Below, in pieces: positions 49,255 to 59,287 of a stretch of 64,000 nucleotides of DNA; the first letter of the stretch is position 1; each line of letters starts with the position of its first letter. The position numbers and the translations under genes are program-made. The DNA is taken from positions 32,001 through 96,000 of IMG/VR virus record IMGVR_UViG_3300042402_002055; one strand, given 5' to 3'. The stretch is from a virus. The notes under the pieces were generated by a model. The model was not told where the DNA came from. It saw only the letters and a list, made by a program, of their open reading frames with translations, and made no database searches.

Positions 49255-49701
49255 ATGATATACCTTTTCACAGGTCAGCCGGGAAGTGGTAAAACTACTT
49301 TGGCTAAGAAGTTACAAATGTGGTTACAAACTGATAAAGCAAATTGGAGAAAATCCGTATTTCATATTGACGGAGACCAATTACGAGAATTATTCCCAAA
49401 CAAAGACTATTCAAAAGAAGGTAGAGAAAAGAATATCCAAAAAGCTTTCGATATTGCAAGGTTTTTAGACGATTCTGGGAACGATGTTGTAATATCCTTA
49501 GTTAGTCCTTATAAACATTTAAGAGACGAATTTAAGTCTCAATGCAAGGTACAAGAGATTTATTGTCATACTAAGAAAATTAGAGGTAGAGAGGATAAGT
49601 TTGCATTAGATTATGAACCACCTACCGAATATTTTGTAGATTTAGACACATCGGAGCCATCGGACGAAACTTTTAAAAAGTTATTAAAAATTATTGTTTG
49701 A
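49255..49701 (+). CDS. Adenylylsulfate kinase (CysC)-like P-loop kinase
   Basis: TGQPGSGKTT, IDGDQLR, R..NI, VSPY...R, YEPP; shortened lid. Confidence 0.75.
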   Translation: MIYLFTGQPGSGKTTLAKKLQMWLQTDKANWRKSVFHIDGDQLRELFPNKDYSKEGREKNIQKAFDIARFLDDSGNDVVISLVSPYKHLRDEFKSQCKVQEIYCHTKKIRGREDKFALDYEPPTEYFVDLDTSEPSDETFKKLLKIIV

Positions 49702-49734
49702 TATACTTATAGTTATAATTAAATAGTTATTAGT

Positions 49735-50343
49735 ATGGAAAACGAAGAAATTCAACAAGAAGATGGTTTCTTTCCAAATTTAGAAAAAAGAAGAACTCCA
49801 AAAAGAGGAATAGGTGCAAGACCACTATTAGAATCCGAAATCAAAGATGCACAATCCAAATCTCGTTCAGCATTTGAAGCTGCAAGATTATTAGAAGTAT
49901 CTTATAACACATATAAGAAATACGCTAAACTTTATGGTATTTTCGAAGACCTTAAAAACCCGTATGGTATTGGTATTGAGAAAGCAAAAGCAATCAAAAA
50001 CAAAAAGTATAATATTGATGATATTATAAATGGTAAACATGTACATTATCCACTACATAAATTTAAAAATAAATTATTTTTAAGTGGATATGTTCCTAAA
50101 GTGTGTAGTAGTTGTGGATTTAGTGAGGAAAGAATAACGGATGGTAAGATGCCATTACTCATAGACTTTTTAGATGGTAATTTAAATAATCGTAAATTAG
50201 ATAACATTAGACCTTTATGTTATAATTGTTTCTTTTTATTAGTTGGTGACCGAAATGTTAAAAATTGGTATGCAGAAAATGGTGGACAAATTACAGAGGA
50301 AGAGGAAAAATTATTAGAACAACAAAATCAAAACAATCAATAG
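49735..50343 (+). CDS. HTH plus degenerate Zn-HNH-fold protein
   Basis: EAARLLEVSYNTYKKYA; CSSCG...LLIDFLDGN..N..LDN...LCYNC (catalytic His replaced by Phe). Confidence 0.65.
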   Translation: MENEEIQQEDGFFPNLEKRRTPKRGIGARPLLESEIKDAQSKSRSAFEAARLLEVSYNTYKKYAKLYGIFEDLKNPYGIGIEKAKAIKNKKYNIDDIINGKHVHYPLHKFKNKLFLSGYVPKVCSSCGFSEERITDGKMPLLIDFLDGNLNNRKLDNIRPLCYNCFFLLVGDRNVKNWYAENGGQITEEEEKLLEQQNQNNQ

Positions 50344-50344
50344 T

Positions 50345-50746
50345 ATGGAAAGAAAGTATTTACCTACATTAGCAGAATTGGTAGACAGACTATCAATATC
50401 TCAATTAAAAGAAGTATTCATCACAGACCACAAAGAGGAATACGCAAAAGAAATCGATGAAATTGTACATGACATCGAATTGATTCTAAGTCAAACTGAT
50501 GGTAGAATTACCGGTGAACAAATTAGAGCAATTGTCGTATTATCTCAAATGAATTTACACATCTGGCACAATGAATCTGCAGTTAGAAAAGGAACAGCTG
50601 GCCCTGCAAACTTAGCATTGACACATGGTTTGAACGGAATCAGAAACACTGCAAAGAATAAAATACAAGAAGTTGCAGGTGGTAGAAAAGATTATAAAAT
50701 TGATTGTCTAGCATCCGAATTTAAAGATTGGGAAATTAGTTGGTAA
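50345..50746 (+). CDS. All-helical hypothetical protein (DUF4254/DUF6165-like)
   Basis: AELVDRLSI.QLK, N..IWHNE..VR, N..RN..KN.I. Confidence 0.55.
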   Translation: MERKYLPTLAELVDRLSISQLKEVFITDHKEEYAKEIDEIVHDIELILSQTDGRITGEQIRAIVVLSQMNLHIWHNESAVRKGTAGPANLALTHGLNGIRNTAKNKIQEVAGGRKDYKIDCLASEFKDWEISW

Positions 50747-50772
50747 TTTCAAATATTTGTTGTATATTTATA
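50739..50772 (+). promoter_or_regulatory. Bacteroidota-type promoter overlapping the late motif
   Basis: GTTGGTAA, spacer 20, TATATTTATA. Confidence 0.6.
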
Positions 50773-50786
50773 GTAAATGAAATAAT

Positions 50787-51197
50787 ATGGCATATAGTGA
50801 TAAAGTCTTAGACCATTATTCCAACCCAAAAAATGTTGGAACTTTGGACAAATCTAAACAAAATGTAGGAACAGGATTAGTGGGTGCTCCAGAATGTGGT
50901 GATGTGATGAGATTGCAATTGGAAATCAATGATGGTGTCATAACAGATGCAAAGTTTAAAACATTTGGATGTGGTTCTGCAATCGCAGCATCATCTTTGG
51001 CAACGGAATGGTTGAAAGGTAAGAGTGTGGAAGACGCTGCCAAATTAGATAATATGGATTTGGTTGAAGAATTAAATCTACCACCTGTTAAAATACATTG
51101 TTCAGTATTGGCACAAGATGCAGTTCAAGCTGCAATCAATGATTATAGAGTAAAAAATGGTGAAACTCCATTAGTATTCGAAGAAAGTCATATATAA
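50787..51197 (+). CDS. iscU: Fe-S cluster scaffold IscU
   Basis: YS.KV.DHY.NP.NVG, GAPECGDVM, KTFGCGSA, LPPVKIHCS. Confidence 0.96.
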   Translation: MAYSDKVLDHYSNPKNVGTLDKSKQNVGTGLVGAPECGDVMRLQLEINDGVITDAKFKTFGCGSAIAASSLATEWLKGKSVEDAAKLDNMDLVEELNLPPVKIHCSVLAQDAVQAAINDYRVKNGETPLVFEESHI

Positions 51198-51198
51198 A

Positions 51199-51522
51199 AT
51201 GGTAAGTGTAACCGAATCAGCAGCAAAAAAATTAAACTCACTCATCGAAGAAAGTGGATTCCAAACACCATATGTAAGAGTAGCAGTTAAAGGTGGTGGT
51301 TGTAGTGGATTATCATATGACCTTTCATTTGATACTGAGAGACAACCCGCAGATACCCTTGCAGAAGACAAAGGTGTAAAAATCCTCATAGACAACAAAT
51401 CTCTACTTTACTTATTTGGAACCGAACTACAATTTGAGGATGGGTTGAATGGTAAAGGATTTCAATTTGTAAATCCAAATGCAAGTAGAACTTGTGGATG
51501 TGGAGAATCTTTCGCACTATAA
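51199..51522 (+). CDS. iscA: A-type Fe-S carrier IscA/HesB
   Basis: GGGCSGLSY, NPNA..TCGCGESF. Confidence 0.93.
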   Translation: MVSVTESAAKKLNSLIEESGFQTPYVRVAVKGGGCSGLSYDLSFDTERQPADTLAEDKGVKILIDNKSLLYLFGTELQFEDGLNGKGFQFVNPNASRTCGCGESFAL

Positions 51523-51543
51523 TGTGGATAAAAATAATAAGTT

Positions 51544-51744
51544 ATGTCTCTAAAATCATCTAAAGAAAACTTAAGTAAAACGGAAAAACCACAAAAATTC
51601 GAATACATATTTGAAGATGACGAATCAAAATCTATCTGGAAGTATGATTTGAAGAAATTCCCGAATGGGCCCGTTTCGGTTGAATATCATTGGAAACCAC
51701 ACTACCTAAAAGAATTGGCAATTCGTCAAAAAAGAGGAAGATAA
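51544..51744 (+). CDS. Small hypothetical protein
   Basis: 66 aa; IWKYD......GP.SVE. Confidence 0.55.
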   Translation: MSLKSSKENLSKTEKPQKFEYIFEDDESKSIWKYDLKKFPNGPVSVEYHWKPHYLKELAIRQKRGR

Positions 51745-51776
51745 TTTGGTAATATCAAAAATCTTTCGTATATTTA
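51745..51776 (+). promoter_or_regulatory. Bacteroidota-type promoter
   Basis: TTTGGTAA, spacer 20, TATATTTA. Confidence 0.7.
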
Positions 51777-51800
51777 GTTAACAAACAAAAAAACAGAATT

Positions 51801-51983
51801 ATGGGAAGTAAGAAACAACAAATCTTTGAAACAATGAAAGCATTGTTCGTAAAGTTTGAAGAAGAACACAACAAGACAACAAAAGTATCTCAAAAGAATG
51901 CACGAACGCATATCGGTGACCTAAAGAAATTGGTTACAGACTATCGCCAGGCCTCAGTAGAAGAAACTAAAAATAGTAATTAA
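51801..51983 (+). CDS. Small helical histone H1/Hc1-like protein (Bacteroidota type)
   Basis: 60 aa; K.....AR.....LKKL...YR..S pattern; own promoter and terminator. Confidence 0.55.
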   Translation: MGSKKQQIFETMKALFVKFEEEHNKTTKVSQKNARTHIGDLKKLVTDYRQASVEETKNSN

Positions 51984-51990
51984 ACCCAAC

Positions 51991-52025
51991 GGGGTGGAAA
52001 GTAATATCTCCACCCCTTATTTTTT
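51991..52025 (+). terminator. Rho-independent terminator-like hairpin
   Basis: GGGGTGGA / TCCACCCC 8-bp stem followed by TTATTTTTT. Confidence 0.8.
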
Positions 52026-52043
52026 AACAAAAAACAAACAAAC

Positions 52044-55000
52044 ATGAAGAAGGCGATTTTATCGTTGTTCCTTTCGGTATCAGTTTTAATGGGATTTGGT
52101 CAAGTAACCACTTCCACTATTTCTGGTGTTGTTAAGAACGAAAAACAAGAGGTGTTAGTAGGTGCAACAATTCACGCAACCCACACACCAACAGGTACTC
52201 AGTACAAATCAGTTACAAACAAGAATGGTGTTTATGTATTACCTGCAGTAAGAGTAGGTGGCCCATACACAATCCACGCTTCGTATGTAGGTTTTAGAAA
52301 AGGTGAAGAGAAAGATGTAAACACTCAATTAGGTGTGACATCAAATGTGGACTTTAAATTAGTAGGTGAAAGCACTTCATTAAAAGAAGTAGTTGTAACG
52401 GGTACTAAATCTGGTCTATTCTCAAAAGAGAAAACAGGAGCAGCACAACAATTCACTCGTAGAGAATTACAAACTATTCCAATTACGGGTGCAAGAACTA
52501 TCGATGGGATTACAAAGTATAACCCATTCGGTAATGGTAATTCATTCGGAGCACAAGACTCTCGTATGAATAACTTTACAATTGATGGTTCTCAATTCAA
52601 TAACAATTTCGGTTTAGGTTCATCTGCACAAGCGGGTGGTAGAACCGGAGCAAGTGCAATTTCATTGGATGCGATTGACCAATTACAGGTTAACGTAGCT
52701 CCATTTGATATTCGTCAGTCTGGGTTTACTGGTGCAGGTATCAATGCGGTAACAAGAAGTGGTACAAATGAAATTGAAGGTTCGGCATATCAAACACAAA
52801 GAGATAATAGTTCTCGTTATGTTGGTGATAATGCAAGAGGAACAAAAGTAACTGCATCTAAATTTGATGAGAAGGTACAAGGTTTCCGTTTAGGAGCACC
52901 AATCATTAAGAACAAATTATTTATCTTTGGTAACTACGAATCAATTGAGAAAACTGAACCAGGTACAACTTGGATTTCATCAGGTTCTCCTTTAACCGGT
53001 TCACAAGTAAGTAGACCAACTTTCCAACAATTAACTGACCTTTCTAAATTTATGAAAGATAAGTTTAATTACGAAACAGGTCCATTTGAAGGATATTCTA
53101 ATACCAACACATCTAATAAATTTTTAGTTCGTGTTGATTGGAATATTAACGATAAGAACAAATTAACTGCTCGTTATGTATACCATAATTCAGAAGCACA
53201 AATTGGTATTTCAAATTCACAATCTGCAGGTTTTGGTAATAGAACGCAAAACATCAACGCAATGTCTTTCCAAAATAGTGGATATACTATTCAGGATAAC
53301 ACTCGTTCGGCAGTATTAGAATTAAACTCTAAGATTTCAAATACATTATACAATAACTTAATTGTATCGTATGATAAACAAATTGAGAACAGAGGTTATT
53401 TATCTCAAATGTTCCCAACGATTGACATTAAAGAAGGTTCTACTACATTAACATCAGTAGGATTTGACCCATTCACTCCAGGAAACAAATTAGACTACTC
53501 TACAATCAATGTTACTAATAACTTAACAAAGTATTTAGGTAAACATACAATCGTAAGTGGTTTCAATTTCCAAAGTTATGAATCTAATAACTTATTCTTC
53601 CCAGCATCAAATGGTGTTTATATTTTCAATAGCTTAGCTGATTTCTATACTGCAGCTAATCAATCATTAGCAAATGGTGGTAAACCATCTGCGTTTGCAC
53701 CAGCTCGTTTCCAATTCCGTTATTCGGCGTTGCCAGGAGCAATTGAACCAATGCAAACTTTAAAATCTTATAGAACTGATTTATATTTACAAGACGAATA
53801 TAACGCAACTAAAGATTTAAAATTGACTTTTGGTATTAGAGCAAACATTATTGATTTTGAAAACAGCGCATTAGAAAATCCAGCAATCACTGCGATGACT
53901 TTTGCGAATGGTGAAAAATGGAATACAGGTGTAATGCCTAAGACTCAAGTTCTATTTGAACCAAGATTAGGTTTCAACTATGATTTAAAAGGTGAAAAGA
54001 AAACTCAATTTAGAGGTGGAACAGGCGTATTCACAGGTCGTCCTCCTTATGTATTTTTATCGAATCAAATCGGTAACAATGGAGTGTTAACTGGATTTAT
54101 CGATGTAAGTGGTACTGCAGCTGCACCTTATGGTTTCACTGCTGACCCTAACAAATACTTCATTCCTTCAACTCCAACATTACCTTCAACATTTGATTTA
54201 GCATTAACAGACCCTAACTACAAATTCCCACAAGTTTGGAAAACCAATTTGGCAGTAGACCAAAAGTTACCATTCTTCGGATTAGTAGCAACGGCAGAAT
54301 ACTTATACAACAAAACAATAAACGCAGTTCATTACTATGAAGCTAACCTAAGAAATCCAGTAGGAACTTTGGGTGGTGTAGATAACAGACCTCGTTTCGG
54401 TGGAAGTGATGCAACTGTAAGAGTAAATAACAATGTGAGTAGAGCAGCAGTTCTTACGAGTAAGAATGGTGCATACCACGAATCATTGACATTGAAATTA
54501 GAGAAACCATATCAAAAAGGTTTCTGGGGTTCATTCGCTTGGACAACTGCTAACTCAAAAGACTTTATGAGTGCAGGTTCAATCGCTAGTGGTAGTTGGC
54601 AATCAGCATTATCAGTTAATGGTAATAACGATTTAGGATTATCATTTGCAGACGCATTTGTTAAAAATAGATTCGTAGGTTTATTAGGATATAGAATTGA
54701 ATATGGTTCTAAATATGGTGGAGCAACTACATTTACATTAGGATATGTGGGACAACAAGGTAATCCATATTCTTATATCGCAGCAGGTGACTTGAATGGT
54801 GATAGAGTAAACAACAACGATTTAATTTTCGTTCCAATGAAAGGCTCTGACATCAAATTTGCAAGTTTAACTGCAGGTGGTAAAACATTTACTGAAGCTG
54901 ACCAACAAGCTGCATTTGATAAGTTTATCGGACAAGATAAATACTTATCAACTCGTAGAGGTCAATACGCTGAAAGAAATGGTGGTTTATTACCTTACTT

Positions 55001-55322
55001 ACATAGATTTGATTTATCAGTAGCACAAGATGTATTTGTTAAGATTGGTGGAAAGAGAAATGCTTTCCAAATCAGAGCAGATATCTTAAACTTTGGTAAT
55101 ATGGTTGATAATAAGTTTGGTATTTCACAAAGAGCTACGGCACCTCAAATTTTGAACTTTGTAAGCAGAGATGCAGTTACAAATGTTCCAACATTTAGAT
55201 TGGCAACACAAAGATTAACAGATGGTTCTACTATTTTAGCTAGAGATAGTTATCAGTATAACTCATCGGTATTCGATGTATGGTCTGCACAATTAGGTAT
55301 CCGTTACATCTTCGGTAAATAA
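52044..55322 (+). CDS. TonB-dependent outer-membrane transporter (Oar-like, N-terminal carboxypeptidase-regulatory-like domain)
   Basis: Signal peptide, TonB-box-like LKEVVVTG, plug ISLDAI....V..AP.D...SGFTG..INAVTRSGTN, beta-barrel, C-terminal QLGIRYIF. Confidence 0.92.
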   Translation: MKKAILSLFLSVSVLMGFGQVTTSTISGVVKNEKQEVLVGATIHATHTPTGTQYKSVTNKNGVYVLPAVRVGGPYTIHASYVGFRKGEEKDVNTQLGVTSNVDFKLVGESTSLKEVVVTGTKSGLFSKEKTGAAQQFTRRELQTIPITGARTIDGITKYNPFGNGNSFGAQDSRMNNFTIDGSQFNNNFGLGSSAQAGGRTGASAISLDAIDQLQVNVAPFDIRQSGFTGAGINAVTRSGTNEIEGSAYQTQRDNSSRYVGDNARGTKVTASKFDEKVQGFRLGAPIIKNKLFIFGNYESIEKTEPGTTWISSGSPLTGSQVSRPTFQQLTDLSKFMKDKFNYETGPFEGYSNTNTSNKFLVRVDWNINDKNKLTARYVYHNSEAQIGISNSQSAGFGNRTQNINAMSFQNSGYTIQDNTRSAVLELNSKISNTLYNNLIVSYDKQIENRGYLSQMFPTIDIKEGSTTLTSVGFDPFTPGNKLDYSTINVTNNLTKYLGKHTIVSGFNFQSYESNNLFFPASNGVYIFNSLADFYTAANQSLANGGKPSAFAPARFQFRYSALPGAIEPMQTLKSYRTDLYLQDEYNATKDLKLTFGIRANIIDFENSALENPAITAMTFANGEKWNTGVMPKTQVLFEPRLGFNYDLKGEKKTQFRGGTGVFTGRPPYVFLSNQIGNNGVLTGFIDVSGTAAAPYGFTADPNKYFIPSTPTLPSTFDLALTDPNYKFPQVWKTNLAVDQKLPFFGLVATAEYLYNKTINAVHYYEANLRNPVGTLGGVDNRPRFGGSDATVRVNNNVSRAAVLTSKNGAYHESLTLKLEKPYQKGFWGSFAWTTANSKDFMSAGSIASGSWQSALSVNGNNDLGLSFADAFVKNRFVGLLGYRIEYGSKYGGATTFTLGYVGQQGNPYSYIAAGDLNGDRVNNNDLIFVPMKGSDIKFASLTAGGKTFTEADQQAAFDKFIGQDKYLSTRRGQYAERNGGLLPYLHRFDLSVAQDVFVKIGGKRNAFQIRADILNFGNMVDNKFGISQRATAPQILNFVSRDAVTNVPTFRLATQRLTDGSTILARDSYQYNSSVFDVWSAQLGIRYIFGK

Positions 55323-55345
55323 GATTACGCAGTCAAAATATACTC

Positions 55346-55378
55346 AAATCCCTCACCCTAAAAAGTGGGGGATTTTTT
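55346..55378 (+). terminator. Rho-independent terminator
   Basis: AAATCCCTCAC / GTGGGGGATTT stem (one G-U pair) with T tail. Confidence 0.8.
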
Positions 55379-55379
55379 A

Positions 55380-55411
55380 TTTGGTAAATTAAAATATTTT
55401 TCGTATATTAG
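55380..55411 (+). promoter_or_regulatory. Bacteroidota-type promoter
   Basis: TTTGGTAA, spacer 20, TATATTAG. Confidence 0.7.
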
Positions 55412-55434
55412 AGTATAAACAAAAAACAAAATAG

Positions 55435-57057
<1,623 letters not shown>

Positions 57058-57082
57058 TAAATAAAACAATAAAACAAAACAA

Positions 57083-57289
57083 ATGGCAAAGTATTATTCA
57101 GTACAAGTGGCAATCGAAGTAGAAGATGCTAAGGGTAAGATTAAAAAACAAAAAGAAAACTATTTAGTAGACGCAATGTCGGTGACAGAAGCAGAAGCTA
57201 AGTTAGTAAACAAATTCATTGAAGAAGCAGTTAAGCTTGAATATGAAGTAGTAAAAGTATCAGAAACAAACATTATTGAAGTATTCTAA
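57083..57289 (+). CDS. DUF4494-like protein
   Basis: GKIKK.KE.YLVDAMS.TEAEA, ET.I.EVF. Confidence 0.75.
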   Translation: MAKYYSVQVAIEVEDAKGKIKKQKENYLVDAMSVTEAEAKLVNKFIEEAVKLEYEVVKVSETNIIEVF

Positions 57290-57290
57290 T

Positions 57291-57539
57291 ATGGAAAAAG
57301 AACTCAAAGAACAAAAGGAATTAGTCCTTAAAAGAGTTCCACCCGGAGATAGATGGATATTTGCTGACCTAAAAAATAGTGCAGTATATCCATCTCTCAC
57401 CGATGCTTTGGAAGCTTGGTATCAAACAAATGGTGATACTAACTTTTACATTGAAGCAAGAAAAGGAACAGTTGAAATTATTAAACAAGAAGAAGTGGAA
57501 ATACCTGTAAAAAGATTTTCACTATACGGAGAAGATTAA
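57291..57539 (+). CDS. Hypothetical protein
   Basis: RVPPGDRW...SLTDALE; start placed at ATG 57291. Confidence 0.6.
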   Translation: MEKELKEQKELVLKRVPPGDRWIFADLKNSAVYPSLTDALEAWYQTNGDTNFYIEARKGTVEIIKQEEVEIPVKRFSLYGED

Positions 57540-57541
57540 TT

Positions 57542-57862
57542 ATGAGTCATATCATCGGTAGAAAATGTGTTAGTTTTTGTGATACAGGATGTGTAAAGGT
57601 ATGTCCTGTCGATTGTATTAACGGCCCTATTAAAATAGATGGAGTTGGTGCAGAAGTAGAAGAACTAAAAAACACAGGAGAGTTTTATAATTTAGTCAAT
57701 CCACAGATGTATATAAATCCAGATGTTTGTATAGATTGTGGTGCATGTATATCCGAATGTCCAGTTGATGCAATTTTTAGTAATGAAAATGAAGCAATTA
57801 GAGAAGGAGACGAAGAATATATTCACAAAAATTATGAATTCTACGGAATGAAATTTAACTAA
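57542..57862 (+). CDS. Dicluster (7Fe-type) ferredoxin
   Basis: C..CD..CV.VCPVDCI ... CIDCGAC..ECPVDAI. Confidence 0.9.
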   Translation: MSHIIGRKCVSFCDTGCVKVCPVDCINGPIKIDGVGAEVEELKNTGEFYNLVNPQMYINPDVCIDCGACISECPVDAIFSNENEAIREGDEEYIHKNYEFYGMKFN

Positions 57863-57871
57863 AAATTTTTT

Positions 57872-57880
57872 ATATTTATA
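57872..57880 (+). promoter_or_regulatory. Putative late promoter motif ATATTTATA
   Basis: Intergenic, upstream of the 57909-59263 genes. Confidence 0.45.
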
Positions 57881-57908
57881 TTTAATTCTAAACAAAAAAC
57901 AAAAAACA

Positions 57909-58172
57909 ATGAGTACATTAGTATTAGTAGTAGTTACATTAGCAGTAGCAGGTGCAATTACTTACATCCTTATGAAAAAAGGTACAATTGCTGACGCAAA
58001 CAACAACAACATTCCAGATGCAATCGAAGAGAAAGTAGAGGAAGTTAAAGTTGTAGTTAAGAAAGCAAAAGCTAAAGCAGAAAAAGTAAAGACTGCAGTA
58101 GCTGAAGTTGCAAAAGTAGTTAAGGAAGTAAAAAAGCCAGCAACTAAGAAAGCAACTAAAAAAACAAAGTAA
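57909..58172 (+). CDS. Small membrane protein with a DxNxNxIPD loop and Lys/Ala-rich tail
   Basis: N-terminal TM helix, DANNNNIPD, tail KKPATKKATKKTK. Confidence 0.65.
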   Translation: MSTLVLVVVTLAVAGAITYILMKKGTIADANNNNIPDAIEEKVEEVKVVVKKAKAKAEKVKTAVAEVAKVVKEVKKPATKKATKKTK

Positions 58173-58200
58173 GTAAAGTAAATCGGAAAATAACTAAATA

Positions 58201-58323
58201 ATGGCAAAAGCAATTGGTTCCTCAAACAAACAAAGCTTCGGCAAAAGAAAAACAGGTAGAGCAAAAAAAAGTTATAATAAACATTCACCAAAGCCAAAAG
58301 ACTACAAAGGTCAAGGTAGATAA
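58201..58323 (+). CDS. 40-aa basic peptide ending YKGQGR (not in ORF track)
   Basis: MAKAIGSSNKQSFGKRKTGRAKKSYNKHSPKPKDYKGQGR*; C-terminal Y(R/K)GQG(R/K) recalls small phage peptides; 1-nt gap to the next ATG. Confidence 0.7.
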   Translation: MAKAIGSSNKQSFGKRKTGRAKKSYNKHSPKPKDYKGQGR

Positions 58324-58324
58324 A

Positions 58325-59263
58325 ATGATAAAATTAACGGACATTTTTAAAGAAGATGACATTGTAAAAAACAAAAAGTCAAACAATGTCTATCTCGTAA
58401 AAAAGATGGACCCGGCTAAACATATCAAACCCGACTCTAATTTACCATCTACACAAAAATTAAGTTCATCTGATTTTGAAAAACAATCGGAAAAACTTAA
58501 AGGAAAAACATCTGGTAAAGATATACAAACGGCGGATATCGGTGGAGGTAAGATATATGGTACTATTCATGGAAATACCAAAATGGTTGATGATATAGTT
58601 GACCATGTAAAATCTACTATACCACAAGAAAAATGGAAAGATGTTGTATTTGTAGGAGAAGGTGGTGCAACGAATGATATAGGTGAATTAGAATTCCACG
58701 ATGAAATGGAATATGCAGTACCTAAATTCTTAGAAATGGGTGCTGGGATAGATACATTTGATGGTGATGAATTGGATGTTCATAAGCCTAAATCTTTTTT
58801 GTATAAAACCCAAATGAAAAAAACAGGCCTTCCACATAATCTTATAAAAGCAGGTAATTGGGCTAGTATGGTTGGACAAGGTGAAGGAACGGATACTATG
58901 AATCCTTCTATATACTTAGATGATACTGGTAAACAATTCTTACAAAACTCAGCTAAAGAAGCAGGATTTCCACCAATAAGTGATTTTGACAATCCATCTA
59001 AAAAAGATAAAAAAATATTATATCGTTTATCATTCCCCGAAGATTACAATGATACAGAAACAAAAGTAAATGATATTCAGGTTGCATTCAATCAAATTAG
59101 AGATGAAAATATCATAAAGAAATCGAATGAATTGGAAAAGAAAGGTAAAATTCCAATTGTAGTTGCCGGTGAAGGTCATGTTGAATTGGTTAGAAAATCA
59201 ATGACTAAAAAATCTAAATTAAGTGAATTTTCTTTAAGAGGTATTCTTAAATCAATTAAATAA
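58325..59263 (+). CDS. Putative internal virion protein with a TraB/Tiki/EreA-fold domain
   Basis: Start placed at ATG 58325 (MIKLTDIFKE); GTIHG, FVGEGG, IRDENI, VVAGEGH; C-terminal LSE/FSLRGIL. Confidence 0.55.
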   Translation: MIKLTDIFKEDDIVKNKKSNNVYLVKKMDPAKHIKPDSNLPSTQKLSSSDFEKQSEKLKGKTSGKDIQTADIGGGKIYGTIHGNTKMVDDIVDHVKSTIPQEKWKDVVFVGEGGATNDIGELEFHDEMEYAVPKFLEMGAGIDTFDGDELDVHKPKSFLYKTQMKKTGLPHNLIKAGNWASMVGQGEGTDTMNPSIYLDDTGKQFLQNSAKEAGFPPISDFDNPSKKDKKILYRLSFPEDYNDTETKVNDIQVAFNQIRDENIIKKSNELEKKGKIPIVVAGEGHVELVRKSMTKKSKLSEFSLRGILKSIK

Positions 59264-59264
59264 T

Positions 59265-59273
59265 ATATTTATA
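59265..59273 (+). promoter_or_regulatory. Putative late promoter motif ATATTTATA
   Basis: Intergenic, 14 nt before the endolysin ATG. Confidence 0.5.
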
Positions 59274-59287
59274 TTAAACTATAAATT

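Noticed and set aside
58214-58324. N-terminal extension of the 349-aa ORF from TTG 58214
   Set aside because: Overlaps a better-supported 40-aa ORF in another frame; ATG 58325 gives the MIKLTD tag and a 1-nt gap
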